Shown here piece by piece: positions 1 through 13,048 of a stretch of DNA of 64,000 bases. A program made the position numbers and the translations under genes. The stretch's first letter is position 1, and the number at the start of each line of letters is the position of its first letter. A model generated the notes under the pieces. It was not told where the DNA came from. It worked only from the letters and a program-made list of their open reading frames with translations, and did not search any database. This DNA comes from the human T2T-CHM13v2.0 reference genome, Homo sapiens, in the NCBI RefSeq assembly GCF_009914755.1, contig NC_060925.1; one strand, 5' to 3'.

Positions 1-1650
1 TTTTGAAAGATAGTTTCATAAGATATAGATTTCACCGTAGTGTTTCTTTCCTTTCAGGGTTTGAAAATTATTATGCCAATTTCTCTAGCCCTCACAATTT
101 CAGACGAGAAATTACCAGTGAGCTAAATAGATGTTCCCCCATAAATGCTGTTTTTCTTCCATTGCTTTCAAAATTTCTACTTTTTCTTTAGTTTTCCAGA
201 AGTGTAATTATGCTGTATCTTTGGGTTTATGTTTTTTTAGGTTTTGCTCAGCTCCTTGAATCTGTAAGTTTGTGTCTTTTGTCAAATTGAAGAGGTTTTT
301 ATACATTATTTCTTTGAATACTCTTTCAGGCTGATTTTCTTCTTTTCTTTGGTGATCTGATAATAAAAATATTAGAACTTTTGTTTTTGTCCAACTGGTT
401 TCTGGGACGTTTTTCATGTTTTTTTTTCAGTATATTTTCTCTCTGTTCTTCATATAGAAAAAATTTGATTAATCTGTCCTCCACTTAATCTATCCTCTGC
501 CACCTCTATCTTACTATTTCATTTATCCCATTTTTAAATATTATTTATTGTATTTTTCAGTTTCTTAATTTTCATATGGTTCATTTTTATCATTTTTACT
601 TGTTGCTGAGATTTTGTCTTTTACATTCAACAAAATTTGTACTTGATTTTAGAAATTTGTTTGATGGCTGCTGTAAAATTCTTGTCAAATTTCTTATGGG
701 ATCTGATTTATCTCGGAGTCAGCATTTGTTGATTATCTTTTCCCAGTTAAGTTGTATGTTTTTCTTATTTCTTTGTATGACAGATGATTTTAATGTTACT
801 TTTGACCTTTTATGTATGATATTGGGCAACTCTTTGTCTTATTTAATTTTTTTTATTTCAGTCACATTGTTTAAGTTACCGCTAGCACTGGCCTAATTTT
901 TGTGTGATTTAATTCCCAAACTAGCTTAAATTTGAGAACCTTTGCAGTGTTATTTTGTGCTGCTTGAATTATCCAAAGCCACGAGATCCTACTGGTTCCT
1001 GCTGGTGCCATTTGAAGAGGGGAACCTACAACTATTTCTTTACCTACAACTATTTATTTACCTAGAGTTGTTAGGTACCTCTTGCTGAGGGAGGGTATGC
1101 TCTTGTTTCCAGAAATGAAGAGGCTTCCCTGGCATGGTGATTGGGATTTCTCACCCACCCCTTGCCTGGAAGACACACATGTGCTGAACATAGCTACTCA
1201 TGGCAGATGTCTCTCTTACCTCACCACTCTGGTGTCTCTGAATTGTGAAGGAGAGAGTTGGGCCTGGTGGGAAAGGATACTACTTCCTCTGGCTGCTTTT
1301 TTCTAGCAAGATTGATCCCTTTCTGATGGTTTACGGTTTATCACTCAACTGCTGTTTTTGGAGGAACGCCTGTTGAATCCAGCATCAGAATGAGCCTACT
1401 TTGGTCACTTTCTGCTGCTAGAGTGGTAGTTGGCAAACAGTGGTCTAAGTTGCCTTCTTCTCTTGGGTATGAGGACATAGATGCCCTGCTGTGTGTTGTT
1501 CCTCCAGCGCTAGTATTCCAAAGCAATTCACTTGTGTTTTACTACCTTGCAGAGCTCTCCTTTGGATGTATCTTGCATTTTTCTTCTCATTTTATAGTTG
1601 TATATATTTTGGAGGAGCAGGAAGAAACCAGTCTACAACTTTTTAGAACT
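1..1650 (-). mobile_element. Old L1M LINE-1 fragment (ORF1 region plus probable 5' UTR), decayed
   Basis: ORF 208..417(-) contains ERVFKEIMYKNLFNLTKDTNLQIQGAEQ, resembling L1 ORF1p 'IIQENFPNLARQANVQIQE'. The + strand is T-rich as expected for antisense L1. The right boundary is approximate. Confidence 0.7.
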
Positions 1651-2199
1651 ACAAGTATTTTATATGTTTTTGAAATCAGTATCACTTTTAGATGTACATT
1701 CTTTCTACTCAGTACCCTAACTGGATCTTCATACTTAAGGTAGAGCCTAGATTAACAAATGCTTTGTTTGAATACAGAAGAAGTAGTAGTTAGAATCTAG
1801 TCAATTCTATACATATGGCATCCTACAATGAATCTTTCATAAGCAGGTGGGCTTCCTAAATTTCACCAATAATTTGAATTAAGAGTGAATGTAACACAGA
1901 TGTGTTTCTGCACTTGTTTTGAACTACTGCTAAAACATTTTTTGCCCAGTTAGTTATCTTAAGTTAATGATAAACTATGCTATTTTTAAAAAGTGCTTTT
2001 TAAAAAATATTTTCCAGTGATCTTTTAAACGATACAATTAGTTCAACCTATGCTGATTCCTTTGCGTCAGCTCTAACCTGATTACTTCTTGATTTCAAAC
2101 TTAGGACAAGTCCTTCCTTATACCTAGAAAACTCTATCCCTATACCTACCAATTTTAACTTGAAATGTCCTTTCTCCTTGAGTTTCCAGGTGAGCTATA

Positions 2200-2450
2200 A
2201 CCATCACAGAAAACTAACCACTCATTCTAAAGTACCTTCCTACATTGCACTCTGGCACAAACCATTATATATTTAGTTTCCTAATTTAAAATTATTATTT
2301 TTGTTTATATGTCACTCCTGTTTACTGATAGCATTTAAATACCATTAAGGATATAAGATTGTCCTATTTACCTATGCATTCCTGCTAATTTGAAGAGTGC
2401 CTAGCATACAGTAAATACTTAATGAGTAAATTTAAGTGAACAATTAAATA
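2200..2450 (+). mobile_element. L2 LINE 3' end fragment
   Basis: 'agagtgcctagcatacagtaaatacttaatgagtaaat' resembles the L2/MIR 3' terminus; highly diverged. Confidence 0.45.
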
Positions 2451-4498
2451 AGCTGTCAATTCCAGTTTTTTTTTTTCAAACCAACTTATTTTACTACTGG
2501 CAAGTTAGCTTTTTCAAGGTTCTATATAGCCTCTGACACAAAATAAGAATACAATGTGTAATGAATACATTATATCCTAGTGCTGCTTATGTAACTTCAA
2601 AAATATTATGTGAGCGTTCCACATTTTAGGGCATCTTCTGTAGGCACATATACATGCTTGGGTCTATATAAAAATGTCTGATCAACAGCTTTGGCAAATT
2701 TTATTGTACTGGGTCATCATTCATAAAAATACGTGAACAAGGATTTGTCCAAACAAATGCAATGATTTGAATATTAAGAAAGTTATGTTTTTTATTATAA
2801 AAATCTCTGAGTGGGCCAACCAGGTTAGATATGGCAGCAATCAACAGGGAATACAGCTTCTTTTTCTTTTCTCTGCCATTCTTAACATATGCTTTATATT
2901 TTACTTCAAAATGGCTGTTCTAATTTCTACCAACATATTAATATTTTCTCTATTTTATGTTTTATTACATATTTAGATAGTAATCTGGACTTGTTGCAAC
3001 ACATTCATTTGGAAATTGAAAATTTCATTTGAATCTAATAATTTCCTTCTAAAAAAGGAAGATGAGAAACAAAGTTCGGAGAGTGTGAGGGACTGTATCA
3101 GTTTTCCATCTCTTGCAAGATATAGCCAAGAACCTTGCATATTTAGGTGCTCAAGTTATTTTAGTCTCAAATATTTATTTATTTTTATTCATATGATAGT
3201 TAGTTAACTTTGTCTTTTAATAACATGTTTAACCCAAAGTTATTATAAAATACCTAAAATTGCATTCAGGAACAAATTAACTCAAATCATCAGATGTCTG
3301 TGCATTTTTCCAAAAATACTAAGTAAAGAGATCAGGGGGATGATGAACCTTTCCCTAATCTGACATAAAAAATGATTTATTATTCATACAGTATTCTTAC
3401 ATTCACACAATACGTATTTTACATCTTAAAAGGCTAATTGACCTTAAACTCTTGGATACTTTAACTGATGAAACAATTGACTCTAAAATTTAGCAAAACA
3501 TGCTATGATGCATTTAATCAGTGCATACATTAGCAAATTATAATATCTTAATGTCCTAAATAGTATTAACTTAAAATTTTGAATTTCACAGTGTACTTTC
3601 TTGTATTAGTTCATTTGCAGCTAGTAAAAATATAGTGCCTTAAATAGGGCAACTGCTGTTTTCATCCTCCTTTAACAGATAAATTCTATAATTGATATTT
3701 GAAACAATATTTTCTTAGAGGACATGCCATAATCCTTTCATTAGGCTGCCTGTGTGGAAGAATACTGAAGCAGTTCAAAAAAATAAAAGGAGATCATGAA
3801 AGATGATCTCATAGGAGCAAACAGAGAACTCTAATAGTAAGCAAAATTAAGAGGTCAAGACAAAGAAATGGTTACTTTGTCAACAGAACACAGACACTCA
3901 ATCATTATATCAGCCTTTGGTGCGTGATTAAATTTTCCAATGAGAGTCTTTAGTCCCCTTACCAATTATACACTGTTGGAGGAGGATAAGAATAAAATGA
4001 AATTATGCACTAGGAACTAGGATCAAAAGAAAATGTAATATTAAATGTGAACTTTGACTTGTAGCAATATTTCTTTTCACTGACGAAATAGCAGCACCCA
4101 GGTCTGTGGCCTAATAATGCATCCTTGGATCTGACCATTACCAACTACAGAGATTTGGCACATCAAATCTGTGTGACAGGAAGGCAATAAGTCAAACACT
4201 GGTATCACAGTGACTGCTCACATATCTGCTATTAGAACAAACTGAAGGCAGAACAATGAAATCTCTTTTCCAAATCTGGCTTCCATTAACCTTCACATAT
4301 TAGCTTGTTTTATCAATCTTCTTGCATGTAACTGATGTCACAAAATCCTCTCCCTGCCCCCCTTACCTTGCTTACTACATATATCATATCATCTCAGAGA
4401 ATAAAACTTGGGGATATAGCTATGTGTATGTATGTATATACACATACATATACACATATGAACATAAAATACCAATATATCTAGTTACAATCCACTAC

Positions 4499-5226
4499 TG
4501 TTAGAGGAGGTAGTTTAGACAGATATGAGCAGGGCAGGAATGCCACCGGAAATGGCAGGCACTCATGGGGTGATGGTCAGCCAATCATAAAACTGTACCT
4601 CTGAGATAATCAGAGAGTGCCCCAGAAATGTCAGGTGCTCACTGGGTGATGGTCAGGTGATCATACTACTCTCACACTGAAAAGGTAAGTGGCCACAGCT
4701 GCACCAAGAGGAAGAGGCATTCCCCAATGGTTAGGAGCCATTAGAAGCCAGCCAATCCCAATTCCCTGATAAGGTCTTAAACATAAGCAATAGGGGACAA
4801 AACGGCAGAGTTTGGTATATGACTTTCCCCTGGAGGCTCTCAACCGGTAAGAGAAAATCACCCCAGGTGAGCATGCACACAACCTCAGTAGAGGTTGTAC
4901 ATGCCACACCTCAGCCCATGTGGCAATTGAGCAACAGCCCACCACAGGAGGGAGATCAAGAGAGGAAAAGAGAAAACCCTGGAACCAAGCCAATGTATAA
5001 AATCACCAAGTCAAGGGCTGAATGGGGCACTTGATTTCTTAAGTAGCCCATTTGGCCTTCTTCCAAATATACCTTGCTTCTTTCAGTAAACCTTTGCCTC
5101 TGCTTTAAAACTTGCTTGGGTTCTCTGCGAATACAAGGGCCAGGATCACTGTGGACTCATTGCAGGTTGTGGACTGGTTCGCTGGTTCTGAACTTGCTGC
5201 TAGTTGTGGACTCGCTGCCGGTGACA
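4499..5226 (+). mobile_element. ERV1 solo LTR, MER50-like
   Basis: TG...CA termini (tgttagaggaggtagtttagacagatatgagcagggcagg ... ggtgaca), 728 bp, flanked by CTAC/ATAC (4-bp TSD with one mismatch). Has a TATA-like 'gtataaaa' and a variant poly(A) signal 'agtaaa'. Confidence 0.8.
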
Positions 5227-5239
5227 ATACCACATTCTT

Positions 5240-6462
5240 CATTCTAGTAAGTTTCACTTTCCGTATTTGAAATTTTATTTTCCTATTTTTTAACAAACTG
5301 GTTCCTATAATGTTTACACATTTATTTATTTTGTCAATATGTATTCCATTCTAGGCACTTCATGTCTGTAGTTCTAAGTGTAAATGGTACTGTTTTTCTT
5401 TCAATTTCCAATTGTTAATTGCTAGTATACAGAAATATGTTAGATCTTTGCATATTGACTTTGTATCATTCTCAGTGAATGTGTGTATGTTTTAAAAATA
5501 GACTGTTTTTAGAGCTGTTTTTAGTTCACAGCAAAATTAAGTGGAATGTATAGAGAATATAAATATACCCCTGGTCCCACATACTCATGGGTTCCTCCCT
5601 ATTAATATTCCACATCAGAGTGGTGTATTTGTTACAATCAGTGAACCAACATTAACACATAATTGTCATCCAAAGTTCATAGTTTATATTAAGAGTTACT
5701 CTTAGTGTAGCATATTCCATTGGTTTTGATAAAAATATAATGACATGAGTTTATCATTACATTATAATAAACAGTTTCACTGCCATAAAAGTCCTCTATG
5801 CTTTAGAATGTCATAGAGTTGGATCATACAGTATGTGGCCTTTCAGATTGGCTTCTTTCACTTAAAAATCAGTGTTTACATTTTCACCATGGCTTTTGAT
5901 GTTTTGATAACTTACTTATTTTTATCATTGAGGAATAGTTTATTGTGTGGCTCTTTCACAGTTTAATTATCCACTCACCCACTGAAGGACATCTTGGTTT
6001 CATCCTACTTTGGGCCATTATAAATACATATAAGTATCCATGCAGGTTTTTGTGTTAATATAAATTTTCTGCTCTTATCAAGGATTATAGTTGCTGAATT
6101 TTATTTTAAGAAGTTTAGTTCTGTAGGAAACTGGCAGACTGTATTCCAAAGGGCCTGTAATCTTTTGCATTCCCACCAGTAGTTAATGCGAGTCTCCATT
6201 TTTCCCATCCTTGCCAGAATTCGGTGTTGTCAGTGTCTTGAATTTTCGCCATTCTAATAGGTGTGTAATGACATCCCATTGTTCTTTTAACTTGTAAGTC
6301 CTTAATGGCGTATGAGGATGAGCTTATTTTTGCATGTTTATTTGTCATCTGTATATTTGTATATTTTGTTTGGTGAAGGGTCTAGTCAGGTATTTTGTCA
6401 TGTTTTTAATTAGATTGTACACTTTTTTATTGCTGAGTTTTAAGAGTATTTTGTATATTTTG
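5240..6462 (-). mobile_element. Old L1 fragments (L1M ORF2 piece, then L1MC/MD-like 3' end)
   Basis: ORF 6115..6348(-) reads HYTPIRMAKI...WQGWEK, matching the L1 ORF2p C-terminal region. 3' UTR motif 'ttcacagcaaaattaagtggaa'. The element resumes at about 7755-7820 after a nested L1MA. Confidence 0.75.
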
Positions 6463-7745
6463 TTTAGTTTTATTTTAATTTTTAAAAACTGTATAAGTGA
6501 CAGACAAAATGTACATATTTACTATGTATAGCATGATGTTTTGATGCAGATATACATTGTGGCATGACAAAATCTAGCTAATTAACTTATGCATTGGCTC
6601 AGATATTTATTTTTGTGGTGAGAACACTTTACATCTAATCTCTTAGCATTTTCCAATAATATAATATATGTTTAACCATAGTACCATGTTTTAAAACAGA
6701 TCTCTCGAATTTAGTTCTCCCTTCTAATTAACATCTCCACAACATCTCCAACCACCCTAACCCCTGGTAACCACCATTTTACTCTCTACTGCTATGAGGT
6801 CAACTTTTTAGATTCCACATATGAGTGAGGTCATCTGTTATTTGTCTTTCTCTCCCTGACTTATTTCATTTAACATAATGTTCTCCACTTTCTTCCATGT
6901 TGTCACAAATGGTACAGTTTCATTTATTTGTTGCTAAATAACATTCCATTGTGTATACAAAACATGTTTTCTTTATATGTTCTTCGATTGATGGACACTT
7001 AGGTTGAGAACATATCTTGGCTATTGTGAATAATGCTGCAATAAACATGAGAGTGTAGATATCTTCTGGACATAGTGGCTTCATTTTCTTTGGATTTATA
7101 CCTAGCAGTGGAATTGCTGGATCATATGGTAGTTCAATTTTTAATTTTTTGAGAAATCCTCATACTGTTTTTAATAATGGCTCTACTAATTTATATGTTA
7201 CTACTAATAGTGTGCACATTTTTCTCCACTTTCTTGACAATATTTTTTATCTTTTGTCTTTTTGGTAATAGCCATTACAACATGTATGAAGTGATCTGCA
7301 TTTTCCTAATGGCTTTAACTTGATGATGATCTTTGACTTGACCTGATGATTGGTGATGTTGAGCATTTTTTCATATATCTGTTTATCATTTGTCTGACTA
7401 CTTTAAAAAAATATGTCTATTTAAGTCCTTGGACCATTTTAAGTTGGATTATCCATGTTCTTGCTCTGGAATTCCTTATATGTCTTCATATTATCCTCTA
7501 TCCCCCTTTCAGATGTACAATCTGCCAATATTTCTTCCCATTCTTTAGGCTGTCTCACTCTGTTTTCTGTTTCCTTTGTTGTGCAGAAGCTTTTTAGTTT
7601 TATGTAGTTCCATTTGTGTATTTTTGCTTTTTTGCCTGGCTTTGGAGTCATATCCAATAAGTGATTGCCCAAACCAATGTCATGGAGCTTTTTCTCTAGT
7701 TTCTTTCTAGTTATTTCAGTTTAGTGTCTTCCATTTAAGTCTTTA
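6463..7745 (-). mobile_element. 5'-truncated L1MA-type element nested in older L1
   Basis: T-rich tail at 6463; ORF 7439..7672(-) KIHKWNYIKLKSFCTTKE is L1 ORF2p. Flanked by TSD-like 'tttgtatattttg' (6450-6462) and 'tttacatattttg' (7742-7754). Confidence 0.8.
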
Positions 7746-8479
7746 CATATTTTGGAAATAGTTCTTTATCAAATATGTCATTTGCAAATGTTTTCTCCCA
7801 GTCTGTGTCTTGCCCTCTCAATTTCCCCATGTGTTTTGAACAGTACATTGGGAGAAACTGCAAGGAGTAAAGAGACGGATGCTTCATAATGGTAGGTTTG
7901 ATGAAATGGTGAGAAAATGTTATTATTTTAAATAAACTATGTTTTTCATTTGGGAGGTTAAGGGTGATTATTTCCTGATAGTTTTCAATAGAATATATAC
8001 ACTGCAGCAAGGATTTGAAACTTTACTAAGTGTGTAGAAAAGTGAAAGTAATAAGAGGAACTACAGATTTTCTATTTAAGAATTAGCTTGTAAGGAAAGA
8101 AAGAAAAGAAAGAAATAAAAATGAGAAAATTGAGATAATTTAAAATATTAGCAGAGAGAGAGTCCAACACCAGAAAAAGATTTGAATTACAAGGAGTTTG
8201 GAAGAAGTCAGGTAAAATGTTCAGTAAATGATGTGGGGCAACTAGAAATATTTGAAAAACAAGTGCTGAGTACTTACCTCATGATTTGTATTTTAAAATG
8301 ACATGTAACAGACATAAAAACTTAAGCTCCTAAATTATGTTACTACAAAACTTTTGTGAATACATCTGTAAATTCAACTCTCTGTATATAAAATATCAAA
8401 ATTTGGAAAATTTTTCAAAGTGTGATTCCTATTCAGAAGCCTTAAATGACCATTGATTTTATTCTGTAATATTTCAAAA

Positions 8480-9430
8480 TAAAATTCTGCACAAAAATAA
8501 GAGAACTAACAGATGCAAAGTCATATCAGTGTTTGTGAAGGAAGACTCAACATTGTAAAAAATGGCTATCTATAATGCATAAGTTTAATATGATTCTAAT
8601 AAAATATTGATACTTCTTATTTTCAAAAGACTACATGGCACTGGAGTTATTTAAAAAAATAGTAATAAAAATGTGTAAAATAGGTGCAGGGATAGGAAGT
8701 AGCAAAACGTGATTATAAAAAAATATATAAATTAAGTAAACAAGCTTTAATTACCAAAAGTTATGTTTGCTGCATACATGGATTAAACAATAAGTAATGA
8801 AATTGAATAAGAAGTTATCCAAGCAGACCCAAATAATCAGAGAATTTAGTGTAGCACAAATGCACTAATGTAAACCAGTTTGAAATTGTAGTGCTAGACA
8901 TGTTATTGAGAAAACTGGATGGCATTGATTAAAAAATATTTAGTTGGATTATTTCTTCTTGCTGTAAATTAAGAAAAATCCATGTGGATCAACATTAAAT
9001 CATTAATAAACCAAAACTTTAGAAGAGTGAAGTTTTCTATTATTAATCTAAAGTGGGGAAGACATATCTGTCACTCAAAATCCAGGAGCCATGAAGGAAA
9101 AAGTTAAAAAGAACGGTCAACACAGAAACAAACACTTCCTAAACTTTTTCAGAGGGTGTCAGAGAAAGGAAGAAAATGGTGCAATTCTGAAGACAAAATG
9201 ATTAATTGAGAAAAAAAAAAGCTTTCAATTCATTTTTCAAGAAAAGTTCTTAATTCCTCAATATATAAATTTTCCAAGTCAATAAAGAAAAAAATAAATA
9301 ATGGAAAAGTCTATTGATATGAATATGATTGAAAGAATAGTACATTTATATGCATCTTTGTTATGTGAAAAGATGCTCAACTTTACTCATAAAAGAAAAT
9401 TTCAAGTAAAACTACACAGATAATTCAAGT
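8480..9430 (+). mobile_element. Very old L1 (L1ME-like) ORF2 3' fragment
   Basis: L1 ORF2 motifs 'ggaagactcaacattgtaaaaa' and 'gaaaagatgctcaactttactcat'; A-rich + strand. Confidence 0.6.
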
Positions 9431-12400
9431 TATATATTATATATATGATTAAGTAGTTTGTATTAGACTGTCACAAAGAGAAAATCTTTAAAATCCGGAT
9501 TAAGTAAAAGCAAGCAAACAGAAAAGGCCAGCTATTTGAACATATGAAAAAGCAGTCAAGTCACTGTGGACTTGATAGTACAACATCCCAGAAAGAGGAA
9601 AATTTAGTGAGATGAGCCCAGCTCTTCCCAGTGGGATTCTTTCTTTGGGGGCATTTGTCAATTTGCAGCTCTGGGTTGCTAGAAGAAAGCAGCAACTTAA
9701 TGTTCTCTGCAGTCTCATAAATCTGAATTGACAGAAATTGGACTTCTTTTTCACTTATTTTTAACCAGATTTAAGAAAATTCTATATTTTTACTAAATAG
9801 TTACTCTGAAGTTCATGTCATATTACATGTGTTTTAAAACTAGTTTGGGTCTCTTGGTTGATATGTAAAATGAGACTTTTTTTTTTTTTTTGCTCGTAAG
9901 AGAATGTATTCATATGACATAACTTGAGTAATTAGCTTCCCTGCCTAGGTTCAGAACCCTCAGATTATTTCACAGCAATCTCCAGAGTGCTTAATATAGA
10001 AACTACTAAGCAGTATGGTGGAAAATGACATGTCCCTGTACGCTTCTTCTGAAAGTAATCAGAGCATCATATGGTAGCTGGTTCTAGATGTTCTGTCCTC
10101 TTTCGAAGAGTTCCAGGTATTTCCAATAATAAGGAACTCATAGTTCTTCATGCCACTCAATCCTCACATCTTTGTTGCTAAATTCTTAGCAGGCATATGC
10201 CTCGGGCAAGTTGTGACTATAGCATTAGGTTTTTTATTGAATAGAAATCAGCAAACTCTCCAAGTTTTGTTTAGATTATGTCTTTTTTTGCCATTTAATT
10301 ATTCTCAGACTAGTCCTACTGATTGCTATCAGCAAAATGAAATAACTACCAAGCTAGTACAAATACAGATAATGATAATCCTAGGCATAATTTAGAATCT
10401 TTAAGCTTCCTGGCCTAAGGAAAAAAAAATTAAGCTGGCTCTGTCTTGGTATAATACATTTTTTACTCGAGAAATTTAAAATTTCAGTACAATATTACAG
10501 TCTGAACAAGCTGAGCTTTTCTCCTAATATCCCTAAAATACATCTGGGTTAATTTCTGATTTCCACCTTCTGATATAGACATTAATAGGAGGTCATCAAC
10601 AAACTGTAGTAGTCTCGATTCATGCAGCCTTTATAACTCCCTGCATACCTGAATGCAGTTCTGTAATGACCCGTCTCTTTTAGTCGAAATGATAAAATAT
10701 TCACTACTAATATCAGAGAGTGTGAGGAAATTTTCCCAAGGCTCTATCTTTAGTAACACCTCAAGGTCACCACAGGGTTAATAGAAGTTAAGGCATTTAG
10801 CTCTCGAAAATCATTTCAAGCCTCCAAATCACATTTATCTTTTAAACAAGCCAGATTGGAGCATCACAGGGTTCATATATAGGGTGTATAAATTCTTGTT
10901 CTGCCAAGACTCTAAGGTTCCTGTTCACAGCTGTTACTGCTATGTGGGGTAGACACCACAGGTTGCAGTTTTGGTGAAGGACCTCCTAGCTGCAACTCTG
11001 TCTAATTTGGGAGCCAACCCACAGTCTAAGTTATCTTGTCTTCAAACATCTATAACCTTCTATTAGTCAATAAACTCTCTTGGATTCTCAGATATTTAAT
11101 AAATCTGCCATATATGTTTTGAGTACTAACTGACATCTATCAGTTGCTATTCATATTGATCAATTAGTTCCATCTAAAATAACCTTACATCAGTTAGAAT
11201 TTCAATAGCTATTCAAAGGATCCCACCCTTCCAATCATTTGCTTTCTTCCCCCATCTTAAATTAAAATCAACCTTTGGTAACTGTATACATTTGTGTATT
11301 TGCTGTAATTTATTAATTTTTATTACTTCAATGTTTTTATTCAGAGCTATGAGATAGTTACTCATGCTAACTTACTTTCTGATATCAATAATGGAACCAA
11401 GAATCCTGATGACCCTGGACCACACACTGGTTGCCCTGGCACTGACACGAAAGGCATCTCTAATTGTTCTTACTCATTTTAATTGTAAACCATGAAGGTT
11501 GCCACAATGGATTTGTTCTCCTAACCAAGTTTGTCTGCTATTTTAATATGTGTCTTAAGTGCTCGTATAGCTATATAGACCCTGTTTCCTGCCCACTCCC
11601 TGCCCCCACCTCTCCCCGCACCAACCAAGGATGGAGTGTCTCCTCTTGATAGCATGCAATTCTGCTGACAAAAAATAAAAAATAAAAATAAATTTAAAAA
11701 GTGATCATTCTTTCTTTCAAAATACATGGCCTTTCTTTTGGGCAAAATTTATGCCTTTCATTTTGTAAAAATAGTATCAGACCTAATTCAGCCATGACTA
11801 ATTGGCTTCACTTTCTTATTCTTCTAAACTATTGTCAATATTTTTCCATCTAGCTCCCTGGTGTTTGCCTTTATTTTATCTTTATGATGCTCAAATCTAC
11901 ATATCTGTTTATTTTCCAGATATTTGAACATCTATTTCTCTTACTTTCTCCTAAATTTTCAGACACGTACCTTTTTTTAAAATAATGTGCTCTTGCTAAT
12001 TTATCCAATATATTAGAGTATTAATGAGATAGCTCAAAGAACATCTCTATGTTGTTTATATTATATCATTGTGGTCTCAATGTTTTCATTTAATTTAATT
12101 GAGGAACATGTTATGAAATATATTGGACTTCATCACTGGTCATAATGCATGATGAAAAAAATGGGTAAAATTTCAGCAGTGGGCATAGTGTAGCTTTGGA
12201 ATTATTTTAATTAATTATATTAAAATATAATTAATATATACCAAGTTAACCCTTTTTGGAGCCTTTTATGTATCAAAGCATACTCTGCTCACCAGCAGAA
12301 GCAAGAAGAAAGATAAAAGAGAAATTGACCACATTAGGGGTATGGATTTAAGAAGTTAGTCAGTGGTAGTCCCAAACCTGATCCAAGTTTGGCTCAATGA

Positions 12401-12544
12401 TTGGCTTCCATAGCAGCAGAGAAGACAACAATGGAGAGGGTAAGAAGTAATCTTTACCTTGTCTTTCCTTTTGGCTAGGAACAGATCTCTACTAAAGACA
12501 AATTCCTTGTGTTTTCTTATGTTCTTACTTTCATCCTCCACAAA

Positions 12545-13048
12545 AACATATTTTTATATTATAAAGGCACATGCACGTGTATGTTCAATGCAGCACTATT
12601 CATAATAGCAAAGACATGGAATAAACCTAAATGCCCATAATGACAGACTGGATAAAGAAAATGTGGTACATACACAGCATGAAATACTATGCAGCCATAA
12701 AAAAGAAAAAGATCATGTGATTTGCAGGGACATGGATGGAGATGGAGCCCATTATCTCAGGAAACTAACACAGGAACAGAAAACTAAATACTGCATGTTC
12801 TCTCTTTTAAGTGGGAGCATAATGATGAGAACACATGGATACATAGAGGGGAACAACACATACTAAGGTCCATTGGATGGTGGAGGGTGAGAGGAGAGAT
12901 AGAATTGGGAAAAATAACTAATGGGTACTGGGCTTAATACCTGGGCGATAAAATAATCTGTACAACAGATCCCCATAACGTAAGTTTACCTATGTAGCAA
13001 ACCTGCACATGTAACCCTGAACTTAAAATAAAAGTTTTTTTAAAAAAA
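12545..13048 (+). mobile_element. 5'-truncated older L1PA (about L1PA13-16) 3' end
   Basis: ORF2 C-terminal sequence followed by 3' UTR 'gggtactgggcttaatacctgggcgataaaataatctgtacaac...cttaaaataaaagtt' and an A tail. Confidence 0.85.

Noticed and set aside
1024-1064. 18-bp tandem duplication ACCTACAACTATTT(C/A)TTT
   Set aside because: A trivial slippage duplication within decayed L1.
4530-4680. Internal tandem-like repeat in the solo LTR
   Set aside because: Probably intrinsic to the MER50-type LTR rather than locus-specific.
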